Positions 41,383 to 51,415 of a stretch of DNA of 64,000 nucleotides are shown here, one piece after another. The DNA is from Ostreococcus lucimarinus. Its lineage: Eukaryota. A program made the translations under genes and the position numbers. The notes beneath the pieces were generated by a model. That model was given only the letters and a program-made list of their open reading frames with translations. It was not told the origin of the DNA and searched no databases. The first letter of the stretch is position 1. Every line of letters begins with the position of its first letter. The DNA is taken from NCBI GenBank assembly GCA_000092065.1, contig CP000582.1. One strand, given 5' to 3'.

Positions 41383-42471
41383 ATGCATTCGCGCGCGACG
41401 ACGTCGCACTTTTCCGCCGCCTCGCCGACGTTCGCCGCGTCGCGCGGCGTCTCGAGCGCACCCCAGCGCTCGAGACGCGGGCGCGAGACGTGGACGCGGG
41501 CGTTTGACTCACCGGGCGAGGCTCGGGAGCGTCGGCCGTGGGCGGTGTCGCTGGCGAGGGTGTTCGAGTGGGAGGACGTGCTCGAGGCGTCGAGCGGCGA
41601 CGGTTACGACGACGAGTCGACGAGCGATGACGATGAAACCGGCGAGAGAACGGGCAAGGCGAGCGCCCCGACGCGAGGTACTAGTGATGAGTTCGTCATC
41701 GTCGACGGCGCGAACGTCGCGTGGGGATTGGCGCAGAAATTGAAGAGTCGGTTTCAAGCGAAGACGCGCGTGCCGATGTCCGCAGCCGTGGTCATGGCGT
41801 TGGATTACGAGCCTTGGCTCAGGCGAGGATTGAAGACGCACGCGTTCATTCCGCGAGAGTACGTCGTCGGATACGTGAACTCGGTGTGCGATGGTGGCGG
41901 ATTAGGGACGGTGAACGCAGACGTGGTGGAGTATTTAGGTAAAGGCGTGTGGTGCAACCGACGACTGATGGACGAGGTGGAAAAGGGACGAATCACGCTC
42001 GTCTCGCGAGCGGGCGACGACGGGCGAGGGTCGCGCAAGGCGGATGATTTGACGATTCTGCGACGCGCGAAGGAGGCTGACGCGTGGATATGCAGTAACG
42101 ACAAGTTTCGCGATCATAGACGAGAGCGAGACATTGGATTTAGCGGCGGCAAGGCGATGAAGGAGTTCGCGCGACTGCGCAGAATAGATCACAACTTTGT
42201 CGTCGCGCCGGGCTTAGACGACGTCACCCTCGACGCGATGCTCGAAGCGAGCGAATGGAACCCACGCGTGGGTTCGCATCACTTCGATGCGTACGACGGA
42301 CCTCGCCGCGCGCCGCCGCGCGTCGGCGCCGACGCCGTCTCGCCGCCGTACCACGCGATGCCGCACGCCGTGCTTCCGATTTATTTCGAGCCGTTACCCA
42401 CGGATTCGATGAAAACCGCGCGTAAAACGTTTCTCGAGCGCAAGGACTGGGAACTACCGAGGATCAAGTGA
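41383..42471 (+). CDS. NYN-domain (Zc3h12a-like) ribonuclease family protein
   Basis: FVIVDGANVAWG ... DDLTILRRAKEADAWICSNDKFRDH matches the NYN/Zc3h12a RNase fold signature (xIDGSNVA ... DD..i...A...g.iVSND.yRD). ATG 41383. Confidence 0.6.
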   Translation: MHSRATTSHFSAASPTFAASRGVSSAPQRSRRGRETWTRAFDSPGEARERRPWAVSLARVFEWEDVLEASSGDGYDDESTSDDDETGERTGKASAPTRGTSDEFVIVDGANVAWGLAQKLKSRFQAKTRVPMSAAVVMALDYEPWLRRGLKTHAFIPREYVVGYVNSVCDGGGLGTVNADVVEYLGKGVWCNRRLMDEVEKGRITLVSRAGDDGRGSRKADDLTILRRAKEADAWICSNDKFRDHRRERDIGFSGGKAMKEFARLRRIDHNFVVAPGLDDVTLDAMLEASEWNPRVGSHHFDAYDGPRRAPPRVGADAVSPPYHAMPHAVLPIYFEPLPTDSMKTARKTFLERKDWELPRIK

Positions 42472-42536
42472 CCGTCGCGTCGCCGCCCGTCGCCGCGCGT
42501 CGGCGCGCGGAGACCAAGCGGCCGAAACATCATTCG

Positions 42537-42585
42537 CCTATAAATTCGCCTTAAATTACACGTTAGAAAATTCGTATAATATAGC
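42537..42585 (+). promoter_or_regulatory. AT-rich core promoter with TATA boxes upstream of NOG1
   Basis: cctataaattcgcc and cgtataatatagc in an AT-rich island inside an otherwise 65+ percent GC region. Confidence 0.45.
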
Positions 42586-42703
42586 TAAAAAAACCATGAA
42601 CGAACCACCGGTCGCACGCGCCGCCGCCGCCGCGGCCGCGCCGCCGCACTCGTCGCCGCGCGTCGGCGCTCGATCGCCGCCCGTCGCCGCGCGACGACGC
42701 GCG

Positions 42704-44698
42704 ATGCAGTACAACTTTAAGAAGATCGCGAGCGTGCCCGCGGCGAGCGATTTCATCGACGTCGTCCTGAGCCGCACGCAGCGACAGACGCCGACGGTCG
42801 TCCACGCGGGCTACGCCATCGCGCGCATTCGCCAGTTTTACATGCGCAAGGTGAAGTACACGCAGCAATCGTGGAACGAAAAGCTGTCGAGAATCCTCGA
42901 AGACTTCCCGAGAGTCGATGACGTGCACCCGTTCTACAGCGATCTGCTGAACGTGCTGTACGATAAGGACCACTACAAGCTGGCGCTAGGGCAGCTGAAC
43001 ACGGCGCGAGCGATGATTGATAAAATCGCGAAGGATTACGTGAAATTGCTCAAGTATGGGGATTCGTTGTACAGGTGTAAGCAGTTGAAAAGAGCGGCGC
43101 TGGGGCGGATGTGCACCATCATGAAAAAACACGCGGCGAGCTTGGCGTATTTGGAGCAGGTGCGACAACACATGTCGCGTCTGCCGAGCATCGATCCGAA
43201 CACGCGGTCTATTTTGGTGTGCGGGTATCCGAATGTGGGTAAATCGAGCTTTATGAACAAGGTGACGCGAGCGGATGTTGAGGTGCAGCCGTACGCGTTC
43301 ACGACGAAGTCGATTTACGTCGGTCACACGGATTACAAGTACTTGCGGTGGCAAGTTTTGGACACGCCGGGAATTTTGGATCGACCGTTGGACGAACGAA
43401 ACACGATTGAAATGCAGTCCATCACCGCCTTGGCGCATCTTCGAGCGGTCGTGCTGTACATAGTAGATATTAGTGAGCAGTGCGGATTCTCGATCGCGCA
43501 ACAGGCGGCTTTGTTTCACTCCATCAAACCGTTGTTCGCCAACAAGCCGCTGGTGGTGGCGATTAACAAAATCGACGTGCGCAAGCTCGAGGACTTGAGC
43601 GCCGAGGATCGGGCGCTGATTGACGGCATGCGCGACGCCATGCGTGGCCCGGCGGCGATGCAGCTCGGCGATGACGATGCTCTGCCGATCATGTCCACAC
43701 TCAGTGAAAACGGGGTCATGGAGGTGAAGAATAGATGTTGCGATTTGTTGCTCGCGCACCGGGTTGAGCAAAAGCTCGCCAGTCGTCGCGCGGGAGAGGT
43801 GATGAACCGCTTGCACGTCGCCACTCCGGTGCCGAGAGATTCGAAACAGCGTCCGGCGTTTATACCATCGACGCTCGAGGCGAGCCGCGCGCGAAAAGCC
43901 GCGGGTGAAAAGATTGTCACGGAGAAGGAGTTGCAAGAACAAAACGGCGGCGCCGGTGTGTACTCGGCGGATTTGCGCAAGCGCTACATGCTGGAGAACG
44001 ACGATTGGAAGTACGACATCGTTCCCGAGATTTACAACGGCAAGAATGTGGCGGACTTTATCGATCCCGAGATCGAGGCCAAGCTCGCCGAGCTCGAACG
44101 CGAGGAAGACGAGCTCGAGGCGAAGTGGGAAGCCGAGCGCATGGACCGCGAGCCGCAGGAGGCGGATTTAGACGAAGACGAGCGCGCGCTCCTCGGCGAG
44201 GTTCGCACGCGCCGCAACAAGCTCGTCGCCGAGCACAGACGAAAGAAAGCTGCCGGAAACAACAATCCAGTCGTCCCACGCAAGGTGGACCACGAACGCA
44301 AGCTCAACACGAAGAACATGAAGTCAAGCTTGGAGTCCATGGGCTTGGACGCCACCGCCGCCGTCGAGCGCGCGCGGTCGCGCTCTCGCGTCGTCAAGCG
44401 CGGGCGTTCCATGGGCGCCGACGCCTCCATGGGCGCCGACGACGCCAACGAAGACGGCAAGAAGATGCGCACATCCAAGTCTCGCTCAAAATCCGTCGCC
44501 AAGCGCGTCAAGGACGAAGTCGGCGGCGGCCTCAAGAGCGTCGACGCCACCCTCCGCGCGACGAAGATGGCGGACAAGGCGCAGCGCAAGCGCAACAAGT
44601 TGGCCAAATCCGGCGAGGGCGATCGCACCATCAACACCAAGCTGCCCAAGTGGTTAAACAGCGGCAAGCGCGGCAACGGCAAGACCGATCGCCGTTAG
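42704..44698 (+). CDS. NOG1: Nucleolar GTP-binding protein 1 (NOG1)
   Basis: Starts MQYNFKKIASVPAASDFIDVVLSRTQRQTPTVVH, the canonical NOG1 N-terminus; G-domain GYPNVGKSSFMN, DTPGILD. An upstream in-frame ATG at 42596 would add a 36-aa non-conserved extension. Confidence 0.85.
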   Translation: MQYNFKKIASVPAASDFIDVVLSRTQRQTPTVVHAGYAIARIRQFYMRKVKYTQQSWNEKLSRILEDFPRVDDVHPFYSDLLNVLYDKDHYKLALGQLNTARAMIDKIAKDYVKLLKYGDSLYRCKQLKRAALGRMCTIMKKHAASLAYLEQVRQHMSRLPSIDPNTRSILVCGYPNVGKSSFMNKVTRADVEVQPYAFTTKSIYVGHTDYKYLRWQVLDTPGILDRPLDERNTIEMQSITALAHLRAVVLYIVDISEQCGFSIAQQAALFHSIKPLFANKPLVVAINKIDVRKLEDLSAEDRALIDGMRDAMRGPAAMQLGDDDALPIMSTLSENGVMEVKNRCCDLLLAHRVEQKLASRRAGEVMNRLHVATPVPRDSKQRPAFIPSTLEASRARKAAGEKIVTEKELQEQNGGAGVYSADLRKRYMLENDDWKYDIVPEIYNGKNVADFIDPEIEAKLAELEREEDELEAKWEAERMDREPQEADLDEDERALLGEVRTRRNKLVAEHRRKKAAGNNNPVVPRKVDHERKLNTKNMKSSLESMGLDATAAVERARSRSRVVKRGRSMGADASMGADDANEDGKKMRTSKSRSKSVAKRVKDEVGGGLKSVDATLRATKMADKAQRKRNKLAKSGEGDRTINTKLPKWLNSGKRGNGKTDRR

Positions 44699-44821
44699 CG
44701 GGCATCCATTCATTCGTTGTAACATCGACATCGCGCCCCGGCGTTGACCGCGCCCGAAGCGCGCCTCGCGAACGACCCGAACCTCAGATCTCGCCATCGC
44801 GCCGCTCGCCTCTCGACGACG

Positions 44822-46099
44822 ATGCCGCGCGCGATGGAAACCGAGAGCGACGTCGCCACGGACGACGAGATCGCGTCGCTTCGCGCCGTCGTCTTCGCGA
44901 GCGACGCGGAGGGCGACGCGACGACGACGACGGAGAGTTCAACCGCGACCGCGATCAAAAACAAAGAACTCGCTATCGAACGACTTGGAAACGCGTACGC
45001 GTCGCGAGACGACGCGAACGCGTTCAAGACGCTGTTTAGCGAGCTGAGACCGATGCTGGCGAAGGCGCCAAAGGCGAAGACGGCGAAAATCGTGCGGGGA
45101 TTGATTGAAATCATGGGAAGGATTCGAGGACACGACGCGATGCAGGTGGAGCTGTGCAGAGAGCACGTCGAGTGGGCGCGAGCGGAACGACGGACGTTTT
45201 TGAGACATCGCGTTGAATTGCGATTGGCGACGTTGCATCTGACGATGCGGGATTATCCGGAGGCGTTGCGCGTCGTCGGCGCGCTCGCGCGCGAGGTGAA
45301 AAAGTTGGACGACAAGTTGTTGCTCGTAGACATTCACTTGCTCGAATCGAGGATACACTACGCGTTGCGTAACTTGCCGAAGAGTAAGGCGGCGCTGACG
45401 GCGGCGAGGACGAATGCGAACGCGATTTACGTGCCGCCGAGCGTGCAGTGTCAAATCGACGCGCAGAGCGGCATTTTACACGCCGACGAGAAGGATTACA
45501 AGACGGCGTACTCTTATTTTTTCGAAGCGTTCGAGCAGTTAAATTCGTTAGACGAGAAATCTTCCGCGGTGACGGCGCTCAAGTACATGCTGATGTGCAA
45601 GATTATGTGCGGCCAGGCGGAGGACGTGAGCACGCTCATCTCTAGCAAGGGCGGTTTGCAGCACCAAGGCGAAGCCTTGGACGCGATGAAGGCGGTGAGC
45701 GAGGCGTACAAGGCGCGCTCGTTGAAGGATTTACAGAACGTTTTGCGCGGATACAGTGCCCAACTTGGTGACGACCCCATCATAGCTGCGCACCTGGGCA
45801 GCTTGCAAGACTCCTTGATGGAGGAAAACTTGAAGCGTCTCATTGAGCCCTTCTCGCGAGTCGAAATCGCCCACGTCGCCGACTTGATCGAGCTTCCCAT
45901 CGCTGAAGTCGAGATGAAACTTTCGCAAATGATCTTAGACCGAAAATTCGAAGGCATTCTCGACCAAGGTACGGGTTGCCTCATCGTCTACGACGACCCG
46001 AGCGCCGAGACGATGTACAAAGCCGCCCTCGACGTCGTTCAAAACGTCGGCAAAGTCGTCGATTCACTCACTGTCAAGTCTTCCAAAATTGTCGCTTAG
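44822..46099 (+). CDS. RPN6: 26S proteasome regulatory subunit RPN6 (PSMD11), PCI domain
   Basis: 425 aa, collinear with PSMD11 (VDIHLLESRIHYALRNLPKSKAALTAARTNANAIYVPP...); ORF start is TTG, first ATG 44822. Confidence 0.85.
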   Translation: MPRAMETESDVATDDEIASLRAVVFASDAEGDATTTTESSTATAIKNKELAIERLGNAYASRDDANAFKTLFSELRPMLAKAPKAKTAKIVRGLIEIMGRIRGHDAMQVELCREHVEWARAERRTFLRHRVELRLATLHLTMRDYPEALRVVGALAREVKKLDDKLLLVDIHLLESRIHYALRNLPKSKAALTAARTNANAIYVPPSVQCQIDAQSGILHADEKDYKTAYSYFFEAFEQLNSLDEKSSAVTALKYMLMCKIMCGQAEDVSTLISSKGGLQHQGEALDAMKAVSEAYKARSLKDLQNVLRGYSAQLGDDPIIAAHLGSLQDSLMEENLKRLIEPFSRVEIAHVADLIELPIAEVEMKLSQMILDRKFEGILDQGTGCLIVYDDPSAETMYKAALDVVQNVGKVVDSLTVKSSKIVA

Positions 46100-46252
46100 G
46101 ACTTTGGAACGTTTTAATCAATCATTGACGTGTCATCGAGTCGTCTTTCCTCGCATGCGCCATCCAAACCGACGAACGCGCGCAAGAAATATTCCAACGA
46201 CCGCGGCGCAGGCGCAAGTTGTAGGCACAAGTATATCAACAAACAAAAATCG

Positions 46253-46645
46253 CTACGTGAATTTCCTAGATTTGACGACGCTCGTTTTAACACCCGTGAG
46301 CTCACCACCGTAGCCATCTGTCTTTTCTTTGACATCGCGAACGGAGCCTTTTCTTCGAGTGACGGCGCGGCCGAATTTGCCGCGAAGCCGAACACGCGGG
46401 TTTTTCGCCTCCTTGTTTCTGTGCGGAGTGAGACCTCTGTTCGACATAATGGTTTGTCCAATTTCGCGCTTGCCGTCGATATCCTCCTCCGGGGCGATAA
46501 CCAAGCCTGGTTCGCGCGTGTACTTTTCAGCCTTCGCGCGACGCTTGCTGTCACGCAAGTCGGCGGCGGCGATGTATTGCTCATCATCGTCAACGTGTGC
46601 GCCACGAGGCTCATCGTCTGCGTCCATTTGCATTTGTTGCTTGCG
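46253..46645 (-). CDS. UTP3: SAS10/UTP3 exon 4 (terminal): Sas10 C-terminal domain
   Basis: NRGLTPHRNKEAKNPRVRLRGKFGRAVTRRKG matches the Sas10 C-terminal domain. Acceptor ttgctcgctctttacag|CGC at 46646-46647. Confidence 0.6.
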   Translation of the reverse strand, partial: RKQQMQMDADDEPRGAHVDDDEQYIAAADLRDSKRRAKAEKYTREPGLVIAPEEDIDGKREIGQTIMSNRGLTPHRNKEAKNPRVRLRGKFGRAVTRRKGSVRDVKEKTDGYGGELTGVKTSVVKSRKFT

Positions 46646-46928
46646 CTGTAAAGAGCGAGCAACACCGCGTTCGTACTTAGACCGGCGTTCCTACGAGTGA
46701 TAAAAAAGGGGGGTTCATGGTCAGTGTCGGCGACTCTACTCGACGAGGCAAAGAATATTCCAAACGCTTCGCGCGCTCGACGACAATAGCGTGTGTTGAC
46801 GAGCTTTGTGAAGCGTGCGGTGTTGAATGTGGCATCAATTTTGACCCCGGCCGATCATGGAGAGGAAAACACCCGAAGCTTCGATATGATGCGATGAAAC
46901 GCGCGAGAGAAAACGCAAAAATACTCAC

Positions 46929-47303
46929 CCCGAGCGTATCGCGCAACGGCACATCTTGTTCTCCAGAAGTGATATCTTGACTGGGCTTTTTGTACCCTTC
47001 CGTGACGGTATCCACCAAACGACGTTTACGCGAAACTTTGTCGAGCTCTTCGGTGCGCTCGACGAGATCGGCGACGTCGTCGCCGAAGTCGCCGACGGCG
47101 GCGAGCGAGTTGACGTTTCTCGTCGAGGCTTTTTGTCTTCGTCGCTCTTGTTTGGAAAGCGGCACGCGCGTGAACAAATCTTCCTCCACTCGCGCGCGAG
47201 CTTCCATTCTTGCCATCTCGCGCTTCGCGAACGCGCTTTGGACCAAATCTTCGTCTCCCAAACCAACCTCCTCGGGAGCTTCGCCGACTTCGCGAGCGAG
47301 TTC
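46929..47303 (-). CDS. UTP3: SAS10/UTP3 exon 3
   Basis: Acceptor tttcgctcacccgcag|GAACTC; donor GGG|gtgagtat; phase 0 both sides. Encodes ELAREVGEAPEEV...PLSKQERRRQK... Confidence 0.6.
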
Positions 47304-47575
47304 CTGCGGGTGAGCGAAAACGAGTGCGAAAGACGAGTCAGTCGATATTCGCGGTCGACGCGAGCGCTGATAAATGTCCAACTCTTGATTGGATGTTCAC
47401 CGACGGCGAAGCGAGCGGCACCCTGCCCAAGATTTGGTACGTGTGATTTCCGCCAGTAGATAAGGAAGCCCCGGACTATCTCATGGAAGGAGACCCGGGG
47501 GGCAAACAGGCGTTTCGCGCCGCGACGAAAAGACAATCGAAGATGCGCTCGACGCGAGCGTATCCGCGCACGTAC

Positions 47576-47836
47576 CTTGATGAGCTGTGATCGACCGGCG
47601 CGACGACGCTGCTCCTTGCTTCTTCGCAATTCTTTGGCGTCTTTACCTCCGACTTCGTAATCCATCGAAGTGGGTAACATCTTCGGCGGTCGATACACGC
47701 CGTCGCCGCCCTCTTCGTCTTCGCCCGTCTTGGAAACCAGAGCGTTGGGATTCGGGGCGAATCTGAGTGGATCTTCATCGTCGTTCGCAACGGTCGAACG
47801 CTCGGACGCGCTCGCGAGTTTCAACAATTTATCAAT
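47576..47836 (-). CDS. UTP3: SAS10/UTP3 exon 2
   Basis: Acceptor ctttttcttcgcgacgcag|ATT; donor AAG|gtacgtgcg; encodes DPLRFAPNPNALV...VYRPPK...ELRRSKEQRRRAG. Confidence 0.6.
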
Positions 47837-48003
47837 CTGCGTCGCGAAGAAAAAGTGTACCTCTGTCAGTTTGCGGCGCGACGAAGCGCGCGTAAAATCT
47901 TCGCGATGATGGTAAAGGTGGCTGAACGACGACGCGCGGCTCAGTCCCTTAGATGTTCTTAAAACCTTCAGTGAGTAGTCAGGCCAATGCTGTGAGCGTT
48001 TAC

Positions 48004-48725
48004 ATCACCGCCGAACGTCGTCGTCGCAGCCACCATCGCGGCGAAAAGGCGCGTCTTGTTCGTCGTCGAGAGCGCGGTCAGTCTTCGCACCTGGTACTGA
48101 AGCTTCTTATCGATCGGTCGCAGTTTTTCGAGGTACAGTCGAATCTCGACCAATCTCTCAATCACTGGATGGTCCTTCACGCTGCGACCTTCGGATTTGA
48201 GCAAGAGGTAGAACACGATGGACGAGCAATAACTCAGCATCAAAAGATACTTGGTGTCCAAGTACGAAATACCCTCCGCCGTCGCGAACGCGCCGTTGCG
48301 CGCGGCGTTCACCAAGGGTTCGACGCTCTCTTCGATCGCGCTCAAAGTCGACGTCAGCTCCTTCGTGAGGGCGACGAGTTCTGGGGCGTCGCTCGCCGCC
48401 GCCGCGTCGTCCTCCGCCGCGAGCCGCTCCTCGCGTTCCTCCGCCGTCAGCGTCTCAATCTCCACCGCCGACGCTTTCTTGGTCGACGACTTCTTACCAT
48501 CGCCCCGACGTAAGTTCGCAACCTTCGCCCCGAGCGTGTCCTCCGCCTCCTCCTCGCTCTCGACCCCGAAGTCCTCCGCTCGCATCTCCTCCGCCATGAG
48601 CTTGCGCATTCGTCGCGCCTCCTTCTCCTCCTCCATGCGATCCTCCTCATCGCTCAATCCCTCGTGATCGACGTCGTCGTCCCCGTAGAAATCAACCTTC
48701 CGCTTCCCTTTGATTCCGAACCCTC

Positions 48726-48772
<47 letters not shown>

Positions 48773-49170
48773 GCCACCGCGTCTCTCCGCACCCGTCCCT
48801 CCAGCCGTCTCCGCTGCGCCTTCATCGCCTTCGCCAGCGCCGCTTCCTCGCTGTCCGAGTACCCATCCTCCTCCTCATCATCATCCATTCCATCCCTCGC
48901 GTCCTCGTCCGTCTCCTCGTCGTCGTCGTCATCGCTCTCGCGCTCGCGCTCGTCTTCGTCGTCCGTCGAGTCGTCGTCGACGCCCATCGCGCCGTCCTCC
49001 TCCTCCCCGCGCCCGTCCTCGCTCTCGCTCGACGTCGCGCTCGTTCTTAGGCCGACGTAGTTCGCGTCCATCGCGCCGAATCGCGCGTCGCACGCGTCGT
49101 TCGCGTCGTCGACGTCGTCGCGCATCCATCGCGTCGACGCCGCGCCGCCGCCATCGCGTCGTCGACCCAT
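48004..49170 (-). CDS. UTP3: SAS10/UTP3 exon 1: acidic N-terminus and Sas10/Utp3/C1D domain
   Basis: Poly-D/E region (includes (TCCTCG)n at 48727-48778); C1D-type domain GISYLDTKYLLMLSYCSSIVFYLLLKSEGRSVKDHPVIERLVEIRLYLEKL. Donor GAT|gtaaac at 48003. First ATG after the AT-rich TATA block at 49170; ORF-track start 49416 translates promoter sequence. Confidence 0.6.
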
Positions 49171-49320
49171 GATTCGTCGTTCCGCGCGCGTCGTTCGCGT
49201 CCGCTCGAACCGCGAGCGCGCGTCGCGGTTCGAGCGTCGACCGCGCGGCGCTCTCGCGGCGCGTCGACCGACGCGCGAACCGGCGCGTCGACGAGAGCCG
49301 CGAATCGAGACGCGGCGACG

Positions 49321-49395
49321 CCGGCGGCGCGACCATAAATACCCATAAATTCTAAACCCTCGTATATTGAGTATATATATACCCATATACCGTGA
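49321..49395. promoter_or_regulatory. AT-rich bidirectional promoter block (TATA-like) between divergent UTP3 and HTATSF1-like genes
   Basis: ccataaatacccataaattctaaaccctcgtatattgagtatatatatacccatatac. Confidence 0.45.
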
Positions 49396-49478
49396 TTCGT
49401 CGCGCGCACGCCGCACTGCGTCGCGCGACGCCGACGCCGCGCGACGCCGACGCCGCGCTCGCGTCGAACGAAGCCTCG

Positions 49479-50720
49479 ATGGACGAGCCCGAAGGCGACC
49501 GCGACGCCCCGGGCGACCGCGCGTCGTTCACGGACGACGACGGGACGCGCTACGACTGGGACGACGCGCGCGAGCGATTCGTCGCGCGCGACGACGACGC
49601 GACGACGCGCGACGCCGACGCGATGACGTACGACGGCGCGAGCGACGCGGAGGAAATCGCGCGCGCGGTGAAGACGTTCGACGCGATCAACGCGCTGCGA
49701 CGAGCGACGGAGGAGGACGCGGGGGAGGGGGAGGACGCGAGACGCGCGAGAAAGCGCGCGGCGGCGCTGGAACGCGCGGCGGAGCGCGCGAAGCGCGCGA
49801 AGGCGAAGCGACAGGGCGAGGGATTCGATGGGAATAAAAATGTGAAGTCGACGGGGGCGTACGTGACGGGGCTGCCGTCGGACGCGACGGAGGAGGAGTT
49901 GGGGGAGGCGTTTAAAAAGTGCGGCGTGGTGAAGCTGGACGCGAAGACGGGACGAGCGAGGGTGAAGGTGTACAGGGATGCGGACGGGAAGGTGAAGGGA
50001 GATGGGTTGGTGGTGTTTTTGAAGGCGCCGAGCGTGGATTTAGCGATCGCGCTGTTGGATCAGACGGAGTTGAGGCTTGGGGACGCGACGACGAGGATGA
50101 CGGTGACGGCGGCCAAGTTTGAGGCCAAGGCGCGGGGGGACGACGAAGGTGGGGGGGCGAAAGTCGCGGCGAAAGCGAGCGGTGGCGGCGCGCGAATGAC
50201 GAAGGCCGATCGCAAACGCGCGGCCGCTCTTCTGAAAAGGCAAGAGGCGGAGGCGTTGGGATGGGCGGGTTTCGACGACGACGTCGACGCGAAGAAGCTC
50301 ATCGTCGTCTTGCGGCGGATGTTTACTTTAGAAGAGATGTACGCCGACGCAAATTTGCGTAAAGAGCTCGAAGAAGACGTTATGGAGGAAGCGCAGCGTA
50401 CGTGCGGGCCGGTGATGAGCGTGAAGACGTACACGACGTCGCAAGATGGAACGATGACGATTCGCTTCAAATCTCTCGAAGCCGTCGAAGCGTGCGTCAA
50501 GGCGTGGAACGGTCGCTGGTTTGACGGTAGACAAATAGAAGCCTCGATGTGGGACGGAAAGAGTAAGTTTGTGAGCCAACGTGACGAGAGCGAGGCGGCG
50601 CAACGTGCGCGGTTAGACGCGTACGCCGCCGAACTCGGCGGCGGCTCGGACGCCGAAGACGCCGAAGACGACGACGACGACGTCGACGACGACGACGAAC
50701 ATTCCGACGACGAACAATAG
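49479..50720 (+). CDS. HTATSF1: HIV Tat-specific factor 1 / Cus2-like splicing factor (two RRM/UHM domains, acidic tail)
   Basis: RRM1 KSTGAYVTGLP...GDGLVVFLKAPSVDLAI; RRM2 LRRMFTLEEM...RFKSLEAVEACVKAWNGRWFDGRQIEASMWDG matches the HTATSF1 UHM; C-terminal DDDDVDDDDE. First ATG 49479. Confidence 0.75.
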   Translation: MDEPEGDRDAPGDRASFTDDDGTRYDWDDARERFVARDDDATTRDADAMTYDGASDAEEIARAVKTFDAINALRRATEEDAGEGEDARRARKRAAALERAAERAKRAKAKRQGEGFDGNKNVKSTGAYVTGLPSDATEEELGEAFKKCGVVKLDAKTGRARVKVYRDADGKVKGDGLVVFLKAPSVDLAIALLDQTELRLGDATTRMTVTAAKFEAKARGDDEGGGAKVAAKASGGGARMTKADRKRAAALLKRQEAEALGWAGFDDDVDAKKLIVVLRRMFTLEEMYADANLRKELEEDVMEEAQRTCGPVMSVKTYTTSQDGTMTIRFKSLEAVEACVKAWNGRWFDGRQIEASMWDGKSKFVSQRDESEAAQRARLDAYAAELGGGSDAEDAEDDDDDVDDDDEHSDDEQ

Positions 50721-50749
50721 AATATAAAAAAAAATAAACAAACTAGCCG

Positions 50750-51415
50750 CTAAAAGCACATCTTAATCCGCGCGTCGTAATCCTTGATCTCGCGTATCGT
50801 GTCGCTCACCTCCTTCGCCGAAAACACAAACATCGTGCACCATATCGACGAGTACTTTTTTCCGCGCGGCTTCACCTCCACCTCCACCTTCGCCTCCCCG
50901 GCCGCCCCCGCGATCTTTTCGACCAATCCAGAGACAAATCCCTCCTCGCTCGCCGTCTCCGTCGTCGTCACGACTTGATACGTGTACTTTGCCGGGAATT
51001 GTTGTATCGTCTCCATGATTTCGCCGTCGTCGCGCTCGCTCGTGTCATACGGCGCGTCGTACTCCCCTCGCAGCGCTCTGACGTACAGGTCGAATCGCGT
51101 GGCGCCGAATTCGTTCAGCGGTTCGCCGGTCTTCGCGTCGATCAAGTCGCCGCGCTCGTCGAGGACGAGATCTTTTGCCCAGTCCGGCGTCGCGGCGTCG
51201 TCACCTCCTTCCGGAACGGCGCGCGCGCGGGCGCGGCGTTCGCGGTGCGCGCGCGCGGGCGCGACGCGCGACGCGCGCGCGTGTGTGGTCGCGCACGACG
51301 CGGTGCGGTGCGAGCGCGCGCGGGCGGCGAGCATGGCGGCGCGATGTGACGCGGCGTCGACGGCGCCGAGCGAAGTCAAAGCGGTACGATTACACGTCGC
51401 GCGAGAGTGGCTCAT
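50750..51415 (-). CDS. YbeD/DUF493 (UPF0250)-like small protein with N-terminal presequence
   Basis: C-terminal about 100 aa: YTYQVVT...[11 protein letters not shown]...[43 protein letters not shown] resembles the YbeD fold family. ATG at 51415 overlaps the DapF stop (ATGA); second in-frame ATG 51334. Confidence 0.5.
   Translation of the reverse strand: MSHSRATCNRTALTSLGAVDAASHRAAMLAARARSHRTASCATTHARASRVAPARAHRERRARARAVPEGGDDAATPDWAKDLVLDERGDLIDAKTGEPLNEFGATRFDLYVRALRGEYDAPYDTSERDDGEIMETIQQFPAKYTYQVVTTTETASEEGFVSGLVEKIAGAAGEAKVEVEVKPRGKKYSSIWCTMFVFSAKEVSDTIREIKDYDARIKMCF

Noticed and set aside
42596-42703. Upstream ATG extending NOG1 by 36 aa
   Set aside because: NOG1 N-termini are conserved to start at MQ/HYNFKK; the extension is poly-Ala low complexity and lies within or immediately after the TATA region, so it is kept only as an alternative.
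46925-47827. 300-aa ORF treated as a single gene
   Set aside because: Only its first 87 codons (47836-47576) are coding (SAS10 exon 2); the remainder reads through intron 2 and out of frame, giving W/R-rich nonsense.
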